Numbered from the whole stretch's first letter, positions 38,143-52,248 are shown. The stretch is 63,832 nucleotides of DNA, filler included, from Choristocarpus tenellus KU-1152 (GCA_964200185.2; 7 parts of 7 records of this genome joined end to end with filler, not necessarily neighbours in it), one strand, 5' to 3'. Notes: generated by a model from the sequence alone, not told the origin. Program-made: numbers and translations.

Positions 38143-41100
38143 TTATGCCTCTTCCTCTCCTTCTGCTGGCTCCTCCTCCCTCTCCAACTCCATGCCGATG
38201 TCCTCATTGGTGTTGTCTGCATGCATCTCCATCAGCTTGGTCACTAGCAACAAACAAGAGTACAACACAAGAAAAATCACGTGAGACATAAGACTTGAGA
38301 CTGGGGGGGTAAGTAGCAATAGATAGAGGGAATTAAACCAGACAGTGGAAAACAGAGGACATAGAGATGTTTTCATAATCTATGTGCCATTGGGTGTTTG
38401 TGTTTATTCAAGACAACCAAGCCAGTTGCAAGTTTCACTGTGTATCTACACAAAGAATGATTGAACACCCAACGAAGGTTTTTGAAAAACAAATGAAAGG
38501 CAAAAGTCAAAGAGCAGTCACAAAAAAAATTACTGCAAACAGTCAACATGACACACCTCCGAAAATCAGATTGATCCCTCACCAGCCCTGCTCATCTTAA
38601 TACAATAAAACTCTAGTATTGGGAATCACACAGCACAATATCAACATCAATTAGCATGCTTTCGCTTCAACATGTACCTTGATAAGAGATACAAATTATG
38701 CATTAGAAATTACCCCAAAACCTTCTCAGTAGATGCAAGGCCACCCTAGTTGGGTTGACTTGAACAAAAAAAGCAGGAACCTTTTACTTCCAGAAGAAGT
38801 GACAGGTACATCATTCACATCCCATACTTGTCCTTACCTAACTTCCGTCATAATTCCCTCAACTAAACCCAGGCCACTTTTATGTTCAATCATCGGTAGC
38901 AACTCACAGTCAAACTTGGGCTTCTTCAGCACCTTGACCTTGCGGATGTACACGTTTTGAAGAGGAAAAATACCCTGGCAAGCCTTAAGGATCTGCCCAG
39001 AGATCATCTCAGGGATGCTATCATTGAGCAAATGAAATATTGAAGAAAGAGTAGAAAAGGTTAGGTGGAAAAGGGGAGGTATCGAGGAGGGTGATAATGC
39101 ATGTCTATCTTTAATACGTAGTTCACAAAACTGATAAATCACACATATATTACAACCTGCTTTAAAGTGCAAGTACATACCGTACATTATAGTTTCTAAC
39201 GTAATGCAACAAGCAGTGTGTGGCAACTTTGGTAAACTATCATTTACCTAATTGAAATTTACATGGGAGGGTAATTAAAAACTTCTAAAGGGTGATTTAT
39301 TACGAACACTTTAATTCAGTCCACCATTTAGGCATCATCAATTTCACCCTCCCAAAAAACTAAAATTCTGACATGTCTGCATGAAAAGCTACACTTTAAG
39401 TCCAAGACTATTAAGATCGGGCAAGACTTGTTTTCACAGATTGTATCACTCAGTGAAACAAGAATAGAATATTCGTACAGAATATAAACGCACATACCAC
39501 TCTGGTCACACTCACAACTTGAGAACAAGCTCCTTGAGGTCGCACTTGGTGGCCTCGTCTGACATGATGTCACACATCTTCTTGCGGATGGCACGGACCT
39601 GAGAGGCCTGTGCGTAACAGGTCTGCTTGATCTGGCTGTCCTGCTTCTTGGTGAAACCAATGCAGAACTAAACATTGAAAAACACACAGGTGTTTTTGTA
39701 GAGAGGGGAGGCACACTGAGTATAGCGTGTGATGACATCTTGGGAAGAAATTTTGAAATTCAAATTTTTACTGCATAATTAAAAACAGCAACTACGAAAA
39801 ACACAACACCTCTGCCTGAGTTATGACCTTTGATGAACAATAAATAGATGTGAGAATGGCGCACATGACTAGTTCCTCTGTCGAGAGATTGGATTCCAAA
39901 CAGTAATGTACATCCTTCCAACCCTTGTCTATTTACACGCTGCAAAAAAATTTGAACACAACATGACAGCCATGATCTGATAGGACAAACAACGCCAATC
40001 AGCTAAAACAAAAACCAAGTACTAGGATACAATCTACAGGAGGCAAGGAAAAAGGGATAAGTTGCACACATGCATATCAACAACACACCAAACTTGACTT
40101 CCCCAATAGACGCAGAATATGGTAGTAGGTTGAGACCGTAAATTCTTCCATCAGGATCAAAATTATGACAATACAAAGAACAGGAATACAACTTTTGAAG
40201 GATTACACTCACAATGCGCAGGATGTACCCGTCTGTGGTGCGCACATCCACGTGAGCTTCGATAAGCGTCTGCCACTTCTTGATAAGTGAGCACAGCTTG
40301 TCACGAGTCAAGTCCATGCCGTGGAAGTTGGTCAGGACAGAGGTCCCCTGCACATCCTCACAGCACAACTTCACCTTACGGTAGCCCTTAAAATTCAACA
40401 GTGACAACAAGGATGAAACCATTAGAGAAAACAACAGGTGAAATGGGAAGCATTTTGCAAAGGTCCAACCAGAAAAAATGAGGCACAGCAGCTTTTCCTC
40501 TTCCCATAGAATTATTCCCATAGAATTATTGCCGTATAAATCAAAAAGAAAAAATTTGATTGTGATATGAACTATGGCAAGGATATTCAAGAGTGCAGTG
40601 ATTACACACGGCACCTGGTAACAGCTACTGGCACAAAAGTCCAACACACAGTCTCACAAAAGGTAGTATCTACCATACATAAACATGTTTTATCATACCG
40701 CCTACCACCTTTACTTCCTTTCCTGCCACCATACACAGTACATCAGTTTCAAACACACACAAAGACAATAAATTCAATCCGCACTGACACCCTAAAACAG
40801 CTCACATTATCTGTAACATGGGTCAGTAATAAGATACCCACTTAGGAGTACTCTCAACATATTGTTTCCTAAAATTCAAATTATAATATCAAACATTTTT
40901 TCACATACAAAAGATCACATGGAACAGATCCAACCCAATTAAGGATAAAAGCATGAATAGAACTAGCAGTGGTGCCTTGATTTTCAATAGGAAACTAGGT
41001 TTATCAACAAAGTGTAATTCTCTTGTGAAATGAGAATTGTCTGTAAAACTTAACTCTTGAAAAGTAACTGATTAAAATTCCAGTTAACAAGGCAACAGAA

Positions 41101-43481
41101 ACTGGTTGCCAAGTAGCACATTGTGACGGAAGGCAAACAGCCCCCTTCTGTGATGCAACTTAGTGGTCGATTTAGAAGTGAAATCTCAACCAATGTCTTC
41201 TACATTGTTTCTTCATCACTCGATGAATGATCTCAGGTACTGTCTGACAAAGACTATTGCTCATTCATGCCTTGCATTTACACCAGGCTCAAGAATATGT
41301 ACATGGCTGGAGGGTTGACCATGAATAGAAAAAATATATTCATCATGATTCTATTACCCCTGTATAAATAAACTATTTGGGTAGTAGTAACTTGTTCCGT
41401 TTCTGAAGGAGAGAAGGTGCATGCATACAAGAAAGTTATGCCAGGTCACTGTGTCAATATTTTCCACTGTGATCTCTGTAATTCTCAAATAATTGAAGCC
41501 AATTGAACCATTGCAGTCCACAGCACTAAAATGTACAGGGATTACCATGTCATTTCAAGGCTTAATACTGACAGCACAAGCTACAGGCAAGAGACTGTAC
41601 AATTCTACATTAGTCACATTGCCTATAAAACAATAAACTGAAATCGATCAGTTCTCTATGACCGTCTTCCCCTCAATGGCAGTTCACACAGCTTGACGTT
41701 GCAACTCTTTTGCTTAAATTATACTTAACTTGAAGAATTATGTTTGGCACTCCCACCCTTCTTGTCACCAATGTTGCCTTCTTCACCTATATTACCCCCC
41801 ACCCAAACAAAATCTGAAGTGCACACATTCATCGTTCACATTAACGAAACATACACACTTGGAAAATTATATAGTGGATTATCAAATAGAATGAAAGCAC
41901 TTGTTCATTTCTTACCAGGTCCTCATCCGCGTTCAAGTCACCCAGGGAAAACTCGAAAACACGGCCCTTCAGTCCCTCCGACGCAATCTCTGGAAAAGAG
42001 GTCATGCATCAGGGAACAGAGTCCATACAAGCAAGGAAAAGATGTGAAGCTGTATCTGATTTAGATTTAGATTCTCAGAAGAGGAACATTCACGAAAATC
42101 ACAAAACATGTACATACAGTGATCATAGCCTTGATAAGAGAGTGATCAAAATAACCCCAGCATTGTACCGATCTAGCAGAGAATTACATTGGTGTTATCA
42201 CACTAGATGTGAGAAGTAAGGCATGAATATGTAACTCCAGACTAGATTCAGAGCTCTTCGAGACAATCAGAGAACCTTTGATAGGATGAAGTTTTTGTCA
42301 CATCTCCATCGTCCGCCTACGCCTATCCTACCTGGATAACTAAAAGCCAATTATGCTACGTGTAATCTGAGCATCGGTGACAGCCTAGCGAAGAAAACTT
42401 ACCAGGGGATGGAAGAAACAACTGTTGCTGGGATACCTAAAAATTTACAGTAGGAACGTACCAACACTACGGTAGCCATTGACACTCACTTGTACCCTTG
42501 GTACGGGTGACGAGGGTCTTGCCGGGGTTACGGACATTGAATAGGGAAGGAGCCTTGATGTCATACCACTCCTTGAGGAGGAAGGGATCACTCCTGTAAA
42601 AAATTCCGTCCAAAGTAACACACGATCAACTGTGTAATAAGTGTGTGGTCCCAAACTCTCAAGAGCAATGTCCAGGTCAAGAGTTGGGGACGTCACAAAC
42701 GGTCTTCAAATCACGTGAATTTCAACAGGAATTAGATGAACTGAAGTTCTATTTGAACTGCTTGGATAATTGCCTGCAAATACCTTTTCCGAGTCACTGC
42801 GCGAGCGGGCAAGTATGGGGTTCCATGCAACACAATTGAAGAGGGCAATGAAACTTGAGATTACACATAGGTGAACCCCTATCATTGGCATCTAAGGTGA
42901 GCTTCCGGTAAACTTAGAAAGGTAAAATACATTAGGTAACTCACGTCTTCTTCTTCGCGCCCTTCCGTCCTCCTTTCTTGGATGCCTTGCCTGTTTTACG
43001 AAGGTGTGCCACAGTGAAAATGATGGCGTGAGAGGTCTTGTCATTTCAAGTTGGTGGTCCAAGGGGCAATCTACAGAAGTATGGTCTCAATGGTAGCAAT
43101 AGCACCAACAATAGCACCAATAGTCTTCGATCATTTTGTTCTCTTGAAGCCGACAAGGACCCATGACGAGATTGGGCATTTTCGAAAACACCGAACAACA
43201 CAACCTCCACCCTTGCCACAACAAAGACCAAGTGAGAACCAAGTAAGGTGAGCACATACTAGTTTATATTGCAGAGGATTGCACTGCGGTATCGAAGAGA
43301 AGGCTGAACAGGTGGTCAACATCCACCCAACCCTGCAACCTTACTATATCACCCAAACCCCAGAGAGTGAACGAGTTGAGATAGTCATAACATCAACTCT
43401 GGCGGCACGATCTCATCCCCTACTAATATATCACCCTAGTAAAACCTTCCAGGAGTGACGCCTACACTCACCGACAGCCAT
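38143..43481 (-). CDS. RPS3A: 40S ribosomal protein S3a (eS1), complete, 8 exons
   Basis: Exons 43481-43472, 42990-42945, 42593-42490, 41989-41916, 40386-40213, 39667-39516, 39017-38908, 38243-38143, all GT-AG and in frame: [34 protein letters not shown]...[24 protein letters not shown]...[49 protein letters not shown]...[45 protein letters not shown]. Confidence 0.97.
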
Positions 43482-43498
43482 GGTTGCTACAAGGACGT

Positions 43499-43545
43499 AA
43501 GGGAGGGGGGAGCTCTCTCACTGTGATTAGGAGGGTCAACCCTAA
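43499..43545 (-). promoter_or_regulatory. RPS3A proximal region: pyrimidine tract and telobox-like motif
   Basis: Sense strand reads ttagggtt...ctcccccctccctt...gcaaccATG within 65 nt of the start codon. Confidence 0.35.
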
Positions 43546-43733
43546 AAAAGCTCCCAAATTTGTGGCCCTCAATAAAATTGAGTGTACGTCCATGCGGACA
43601 GAAAAGGCTTTTGTTACCGTTGTATTGGGAGTTTAGCGTTATAAGGTAGTTCCTCCTTCCCACTACTAACTAAACTTTTATTATTATGTCCTCTGACATT
43701 TTGCAGATGTGTCAGGGGGAAACCAATGAAAAC

Positions 43734-43833
43734 NNNNNNNNNNNNNNNNNNNNNNNNNNNNNNNNNNNNNNNNNNNNTTAATTAATTAANNNNNNNNNNN
43801 NNNNNNNNNNNNNNNNNNNNNNNNNNNNNNNNN
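43734..43833. other. Artificial contig spacer
   Basis: N44-TTAATTAATTAA-N44. Confidence 0.97.
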
Positions 43834-44847
43834 CCTGCTGTGTCCAAGGTGGGGGGGGGGGGGTGTAAGGCAGTAAAGGCGCGCCTCAGTCACAACCAAC
43901 GTTTGTCAAAACAAATTGATGAAAAAAGGAGGCAAGCTCATGAAAACGTCACACTCCATCAAACAACATAAACAGTGTTTCTACCGAGCCTATACATGGA
44001 GTCTCCTCTTACAAGCCTATACATGGAGTCTCCTCTTACAAGTGACCACCAAACTCAACCTCAGCATTCATGCAATTCATGTTTGTTTGATTCTGGTGGC
44101 AAAGAATTGGCTTAGTTCAATACTTGGGCATCAAAGTCACGAGTGAGGCCTGCAACGGATACATCAGCAGGGGCGTTGCAAAAAAAGAGGATTTTCTGGA
44201 AAACAATTTATGAGCTCTGTAAAAAACACCTTTACTAGGGTATACCCTGCAAACGGTGCAAACTGATGCTAACCAGAACAAGTATCTACTTTTTCTATAT
44301 ATACTTAGGTATCCTTAGAGTCTTTATATAGAGGTTATGCTTCTTACAATCTTAGGTTTTGCATAAATATAAAAACTTAAAAGACTGATACAAGTCAGAA
44401 GTAAAATTTATATTTATATTTCTGTCTACGAGATGTTGCTAGTTTTTAATTCTATTTTGAGCTTAGCTGTTTCTTTAGGTCATTGCTATTTCGATATGGT
44501 CAATGTTTCTTTGAAGAATTTTTATAGTTTACATTAATTATTGATTTTAACAAACGCCCTTAACGAACTTAAAGAAGTTCAAATAAACTTACCAGACAGA
44601 AGAGATTTTTTTTTTTGCAACTAAAGATTCTCTGCAAAGGTTGGTTACACCTTCAAGGGTGTCCATTTCTCTCTGTGACCATGATTAGTACAGTCATCAC
44701 CAGGAGAAGTAACCCACCACGTGATACAAAGATACACACTACTGCTGTCTCTGTACAGTTTGAATGTTTGAATGTTTACCTCTTCCTCCACCGAACTGGT
44801 TAGATCCTTCTAAATACGTGTACCAGGCCAAAAAAGACTTTCCCTAC

Positions 44848-47800
44848 CTGAGTCCCATAGAACCTTTCATTAACTCCATCTCGAACAAGAACCATAGACA
44901 CGCCAATACCCATGCCAAGGAACAGACCCTTGCTGAGGCTGTAGCTTGATACCTTTCGGGGCACAATAAGGTAGGTAGGTACAGAGTGAGTCAAGTAGAT
45001 GTCTCTGATCCAATATAGTGAACTTAAGTGAACTACTTTAGTGAACTACAAACACAAAAGGCAGAGCAAGATGGACCTGAAATCGGAGAGGAACTGGGAC
45101 TAAAAAGCCTTCCAATGATCACGATGACATCCTTAACAATAGATAAATTGCTACAAATCACACATTGTAAGTGCTCATACTAATAGTACTAATACTATGA
45201 ATTAGTCAATCATCTCGAAGTATTCACCCATGTAATGGTCATGTGCAAACAAACAAAAACTCCTCTGTTCTGCAGCAGTTCAAACAGATAGTGTTGATGA
45301 AAATAAACACACATATATATATATAGATATATATATATATATTCAAACAGATGCTGAAGAGAGCAAGCATAGAATAGTGTCCCATCACTTCAATGCTATC
45401 TTAAAGTAACCACATGTTAGTTACTCAAGAGTGAACAGAACAGGTGTTTCAAATACTTCTATGTCTAGGTCTCAGTTACCACAGGCGTTTTTCATATTTG
45501 GGAAGGAAGTATGTCAGGAAGCAAACATATTAATACTGATACACATACAGGTAGAATGAATGAGTCTCACAACCTCCCTTTACAGAACCCTGGGTGATTC
45601 TAACGGCAGTCGTAGGTTACTTGAGACCTCCCTTGAGACCAACAGCTCTATGTGGAATAATTTGCATTGAACATCCAAGACAACCACCAGGAAAATACAA
45701 AAGGAGATTACAAAGAGTCAAACTTGGACTCACAAAACACGATCACCTTCCAAGTGAAATTTTGTACATAATGGAGTGAAGCACGGGTAAGGTGGAGGAA
45801 AGTAAAGTAATACCTAATACCTACAAGTAATACCTACACAATAAAAGCGAAACACATGACATAGTAGAACAGAATACCATTACTTCAGGTAGCACTAAGG
45901 TAACATGTTCTCCTCACCCTTGCCAGTCTAGGCCCCTCTCCAGGCCACACCCTCCCACTGATTCCATATAATCCTGACCGTCCCAAAGGGCCCACAGTTA
46001 ACCCCAGCTCCAGCTCCACAGCCAGCTATTAGGTATGGCATGGTTGTGAGGAGAACAAAGGTTTCTTGTCTTTGTAATTTCAGCTAGCAATAGTTCTCTA
46101 CTATAATGGGCATTCTTGAAATGGCAGTCATAAGGGATAACAATATTTACTGCTTGTTTATGTAGAGGGGTGTGAAGGGTTAAAAAACCTAACTCACTGA
46201 CATGCTCTGCACAATAATATATACAAAATGATGGCAACGGGCAACAGATAGATTACTGGTGAAAACAAAACAAAACACAGTTATTGTGACAATATTTTTG
46301 GGAACTTTCTGATATAGAATGCCCACTGCTAAGGCTAATCCCATTCTAATATCTTCCATAAAAATTACTTTGTCACATTGTTTTAAGGGGTCATCTGTAA
46401 AAACAGATACTCCTCAGTAAAATGCATCATCAAACTATAATCCTTCCCTTGCATCGCCAAAAAGGCATCACCAAACTTAATGTTTCTTGAATCAAATGAG
46501 AATCCTTTTATTTTTTTTCTAAAAAAAACACAGGTAATGAACCATAGATGTAACTGTAACTGTAACATGAAAATGCGATTGGAAATATCTTAGACACTCG
46601 ATGTGAATCCTCCTTTCCATCGAAATAAAATAAATAAAATAAACAGTTCAACAAAGAAGAAAAAGGACATTGACCTCAGTCAATCTTTGTCCATGTCTAC
46701 ATTTTAACAATGTCCCAACAGAGGAGTCAACACACTGCGATCAAAGAGCTATCTTTAAATTGTTTTCATAACAAGATTAACCACCTTCACAACAAGATTA
46801 ACTATCTTCATAACAAGACTAACCACATTCATAACAAGATTAACTATCTTCACAACAAGATTAACCACATTCATAACAAGATTAACTATCTTCATAACAA
46901 GATTAAATATCCTCACAACAAGATAAATATCTTCATAGCAAGAATAACTATCTTCATAACAAAAATAACTCAACTCTCACCAACTTCCTTTCCCAACCAA
47001 TAGACATTTTCTGTTTCACCTGCTCACCCCTCTTGAGCATTTCCACTGCCGTGTTGGACAATAATGGCACTATCAAGTCGACAAACTGTCAGTTGTCAAG
47101 AGTGTACAGCATGCCATCATAACAACAAAACAAGAGCACACGAGCATTCAAGTCAGTACTCACTACACCTGCCTAGTAATAGCAATAGTATGATGATCAT
47201 CAATGCCAATGTCAATGTCAGCACAAGCAGGCAGTATGTCTCCAAAACACAACAGGACAATCCAAACCCACCACAAAATTCCAAGTACTTCCTCCAGTAC
47301 AGGTATTGTGAGAGCATTTCCTCACCAATGTGTGTCCTCTACAGCAAGGTGATACTACAAGCATGACACTCCACAGCAGAATAGAATGAAGTGGTTTTCA
47401 CACCACCTATCCACCTCTCTCATTTCAAAAAGACAACCGCCACAGCATGTACTGCATAGTCATATACTACACAAATGCATGCATAATATTCATCCATCTG
47501 ACCTGGCACCCTGCTTGCAGACCCCAAGACATGCCAATAACTGCGATGGCACTAGGTGCTGACCAGGTGTTGTCACCTAATCTGGACACACATAGGCCTG
47601 TTCCCCCTTCCACTGCGTATAGAAAACCCGCCTATAAAAACAAGAAAATAATGAGTGGAGTTATTTACAAATCACAAGATTGAACTGAGCTGTGCCTGAT
47701 GTCACTTATGTCTTGTGGAAGCGAACACCCAGCAGTCCAACGTGACACTGTCTCTATCACTATCAAATCAAATCACACCAATATATTATCTACAACAACC

Positions 47801-50800
47801 AACACTGATTTCAATGGTGAGTTTAATGTACACATGAAGCATTAAACTAACTCTTCACAAACACAAAACACCAGCCCCATTCAAGCAACAACAGGCCATG
47901 ACTAGCACTCCTATTCCAAACAAAATCTTCAACAATCATGCAAGTTCACTAACATGAAACAAACCCCTGATCCTCCAATGACATTCATTATTGATATAGT
48001 GTGCATATTAAATAAATAAATCTATGTCCATCTATGTCCATGCCTCCATCAGTATGGCACAATACAATACAGTACATGATCAGCAGTGTAGATAGGGTTG
48101 TGACACTGAACCTCACCTTTGCCACAGTTACAAACACTAGTGCCTTGGCAGTCTTAAGAATGTCAGTTGCTGCTTGTCGATCCAGAATGGTAAGATTAGG
48201 ATGGCATTCCCCCGAAGAAGGTAGTATGTTGTTGAGAGTATTGGCTGCCTTTCTGATCTGATGCAAATAAGAACATTGTGTTCTGATGGGAATTAAATAG
48301 TTTAAATGTTCACTTGACTCAAATTCTCTACATTCCACAACATCTCAAAGCACCTACACAAACCCGACAGCCTGAATCCCACACACAACAACTATAGCCA
48401 AAACCAAACCTAAGTTGACTTTCACAACAGCACCATCAACCCAACACCAAAAACTAGGCCTTACTTCTGCTCACCAATCAAAGGGCATCCCTGTGGGGCC
48501 AGACCTACATTTATGATAAAATAAAATACTACAAATATCAACAATGATACTTCAAGTGGACAAGTACAAAATTCCTACGTATAGGAGCCCACGGACTACC
48601 AGGTCTTGTTAGCATTGTCACAAAACATCATGATCTTCCCTACTACTACTAATGGCCTAATCCCCTAAGGATTGTAATTTACTATACACAGTGACCCTAA
48701 CCCTACTATAGCCTGTAACACGCTCTTCTGCAACACCAAGAAACATCCTTAGCAAGGTGTAAAAAGGACAATGGAAAAAAGGTGATTCAATGCACTAATA
48801 ATACACCACCACAGGAGCAATGGGATAGAGTAGACATTATGTAGCTTGGCTTCATCATTCTGAATAATCTCCCATTGATTCAGGACCTCTGTACACTGAG
48901 AGATGAGTTATACCATAGGGTCATCGAATATCACAACCTCATTCTCACAGGCACACAAACAAACACCGCCTGCAAGCATGGAACACTGGATAGTCCCAGA
49001 CACTCTGGACTGTACAAACAGGGGACATGCCAATACCAGTATCAGTGTCAGCATACAAAACAATACACCAGTAGCCCAACAAGGGCAAGAGCAATTGAAG
49101 TCAGAAACTGTTAATGCCTTCCTATTGGAAGAAAAAAACTGCCTCTAATCCTTGACACCCAAAATACAGACAACAAGGACAATGATCATACCACTAAAGC
49201 AGTAATACAGTAATACTATCAGTAATGCTAATAATATCAAAAGTACAAAAAATGCACACATGATCTCTCCTGAAGGAACTATGTAAATAAGGACAAACAA
49301 AGCATACAACGTAAGCACCACTTGCCTCATGTGCCAGGTCCATAGCTAAGGGAGGGTTGCAGTGCCTCATTGGGCTGTTTGGGTAGAAGACGTTAGGCCT
49401 TCGTGCATTGCATACTCTGGCTATCAGCTCCTCCTGCACAAAAATATCCCATGTCCAACATTATTGGTCAGGCGTGTTGTGGGTGCAGAATCGCAAACAT
49501 GTGCACCACTTTGGTACAGAATATGCCTTACACACTCTGGTATAGTGAACAACTACACTGGATCCATGCAGTCAAAATAATAATAAATCAATGAATCCCT
49601 TCACAGAACTGTCCACAGAGTATGTCCCCCTAGATGATATAGATATGCAGACTATTGTATCAATACTGTAATACTGTAATACTGCCATGGTGCACTGTGT
49701 ACTGTGTTGGTCACCTGAGATGGTTCAAGGTCAAGGTAGCACGAGGAACAAACTCTATACGGGTGAGTAGGGTTGAGCATTTTCCTGTCTGGAGGTACAA
49801 CTGGGTCTGGAATGAGGCACCGTTGCTTGCTGCATTCTTGGCAAAAGATACCCCCACAACACCTGTCAAGGAACAGGGCAAAGAGCAGAGCTATCATCAA
49901 TTAGCAGTCATCACAAGTAGGAATGTAACAAAAAAATATATAGTCCAAGCATCTCAAAACTCGTCTTGGAAACAGGCACCTGAAGAACGTGATTATTGCT
50001 TTGTCTGTGCAAAGGGCTTACCTAACAAAAAAATTCCAGAACTTTTTATCCCACCCCATTTCATAACAAAACTATGTGGACGTTAATAATTCACCTTACC
50101 TGCCCAAACACCCCGTGTTAAATATTTGATGAAGTGGATTAACTGTATTATAGTGCACACAATAGTTTCATAAATGTTGCAACTGACCATCATATCTCTC
50201 CCCTTCTTCACCATCATCACCCAGGCATTGGCAAATCCTCCAAGGAATCCATTATCTGCACTACAACCTTTGTCTCCATATAACACACATCACACACACA
50301 AACGCCATCCAACCCGAAGATCACATTTGCATCAAAAAAACTTTCTAAGCACATGCAATTACTATTATATACTATTAATATTCAATGGAAGCTAATCAAC
50401 AATGAAAGCAGGGCTCTCATGGAGAAGAGACCATTTGGTCTATAAAACAAGAGAGCTACAGTGTGCTAACAATACCATGTCTTAGTCGTGACTCATCACA
50501 GTAGTGGTAGTGCATAAATACTACCACCTGTCACATGCTCATGTTTTAAGAGTAACCATACTGTATATGCAGCATCTTACAATAGCAAGAGACTGTTCCA
50601 GGAGAGTCAGTACAGTATGGTGATGATATGAAAGTGGGGTGACTTCCCACAGTTGGGTACTGGTTACTATAGTGGGGAAGATCCACTATTAATATGGTAG
50701 GAGTACAGCAAGATGGTAACAATCATTCTCCCCTGTCAACTGAAGTCCCTGTGCTGTGGCCACCCCCAAGCCTGCCTGCTCAGGTGTTCTTCACACAGGT

Positions 50801-51030
50801 AGGTTATAGAGACATACCAACTAATAGAGTACCCCAAAGTACAGTATAATCAATATACTGGTACAAACAATATTAATAACAACAGTGTCAACATTAGGTT
50901 TTGGTGTGCTCCTTCATATTAATAGTACCTGCTGCTGTAGGCACATAGTACAAAAGGAGAAATCTACATTCTAAAATACCCATGTGGTGTGGAGCCCTGA
51001 GCAACTAATACAAAAAAGGTGCACCTCATG

Positions 51031-51067
<37 letters not shown>

Positions 51068-52248
51068 CATGAATGCGGATTGAACACATTACACATTATA
51101 ACATTATTATAAGAACACCATACCAAGACCATGATAGCAACACCAACAATCACAATACCAGTAACTAACCAAAGACAACCTATAGGAAGGTCTTTCATAC
51201 CCTGAAAATACCCAACACAGTACATTCTGGAGCTTCACAAACACTTCACTCAACAGAACCTGTCTCTTTATCCAAACTTCACTCAACAGAACCCACCGCA
51301 TCAGACAGACCTGCAGTGATGCCGCCTCACCCATGGTGTAAAAGCTCGTCCACAGGCCCCCATACACTCCACAGTGTCCTCATCAGGAGCCCAGAGATAT
51401 GTCCGTAGGTGGGTACTAAGGACTGAACTGGTACCACCTGGTCCCACATTACAGGATCCGGACCTAGCAGGGCGGGTCATCCCCTCAGAAAATCCAAGGG
51501 GCATCGCTGCGAGAGTTCTTGTCCTTGAACCTACTCCACACCATTTAGTATCATGATATCACATGTTGACAATTTTAGAACCTACTCCACACCATTTAGT
51601 AGGATGATCATAATGAAAATAATGATATCACATGTTGACAATTTTAGAAAGGGAGAGAGAGGGGCATGTAGGGAGAAGATTGTCCAGTAGAGTACACAGG
51701 TAAAAAGGTAAACTAAGAAGAGGGCGGGTTACTATACATGTAAAAAGATATACATGTAAAAAGACATACATCTAAAAAGACCAGTCACCCACAATCACTT
51801 GTGAGGGGATGAGAGAGGGCCGGCAGCTCACTCAATGGCATACAACAATCCTCATGGAAAGAGCCACATAAGAAGAGTAGCTCCCCACCTCTAGCATCAA
51901 AAAACTAAGAAACCCTCTTCTTGAGCACTTCACAACACATATCGGCTCACACGGTCTGTCATGAACTTGAGTTATAAAACAAAATGAGTAGGAAAGGTGT
52001 TGTTATGAACTTAAGTTATAAAACAAAAAGAGTGGGAAAGGTGTTGTTATGAACTTAAGTTATAAAACAAAAAGAGTGGGAAGGGTGCTGTTCGACAATC
52101 ACAAGAGCTACTACGTAAAATATCTCACCAGCAGGTGAATATGCATCCAAAAGCATGCCACCATGTGACTCCAACCCAGAACCTCGCAAGCGCAGGGGTG
52201 TTTCCGGTTTTCTCATTGCCTCCTCCCACTGCTTCTTGATGGCAGGTC
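44848..52248 (-). CDS. FYVE zinc finger + SYLF (Ysc84/SH3YL1-like) domain protein, partial, 9 exons
   Basis: Phase-compatible exons 52248-52129, 51530-51311, 49862-49715, 49433-49326, 48257-48117, 47631-47503, 47085-47020, 46025-45918, 44952-44848. FYVE: WAPD..C...C...F....RRHHCRCCGGIFCQECS...RVCSSC. SYLF: EIRKAANTL, VAKAGF...GGTGL...WSAPSAI...WGLQAG, GPLGR, YSLSKGLFLG...RDGVNERFYG. First and last exons not located. Confidence 0.92.
46765..46970. repeat. 21-bp intronic minisatellite, about 9-10 units
   Basis: cataacaagattaactatctt and variants in tandem. Confidence 0.92.
51032..51066. repeat. (CA)n microsatellite
   Basis: Read directly. Confidence 0.95.
51961..52092. repeat. 44-bp tandem repeat, 3 units (intronic)
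   Basis: atgaacttaagttataaaacaaaaagagtgggaaaggtgttgtt repeated. Confidence 0.9.

Noticed and set aside
40003-40647. 214-aa ORF as a stand-alone gene
   Set aside because: Only 40213-40386 is coding (RPS3A exon 5); the rest is intron read-through.
46710-47003. HNKINYL-repeat protein
   Set aside because: Translation of an intronic 21-bp minisatellite, antisense to the host gene.
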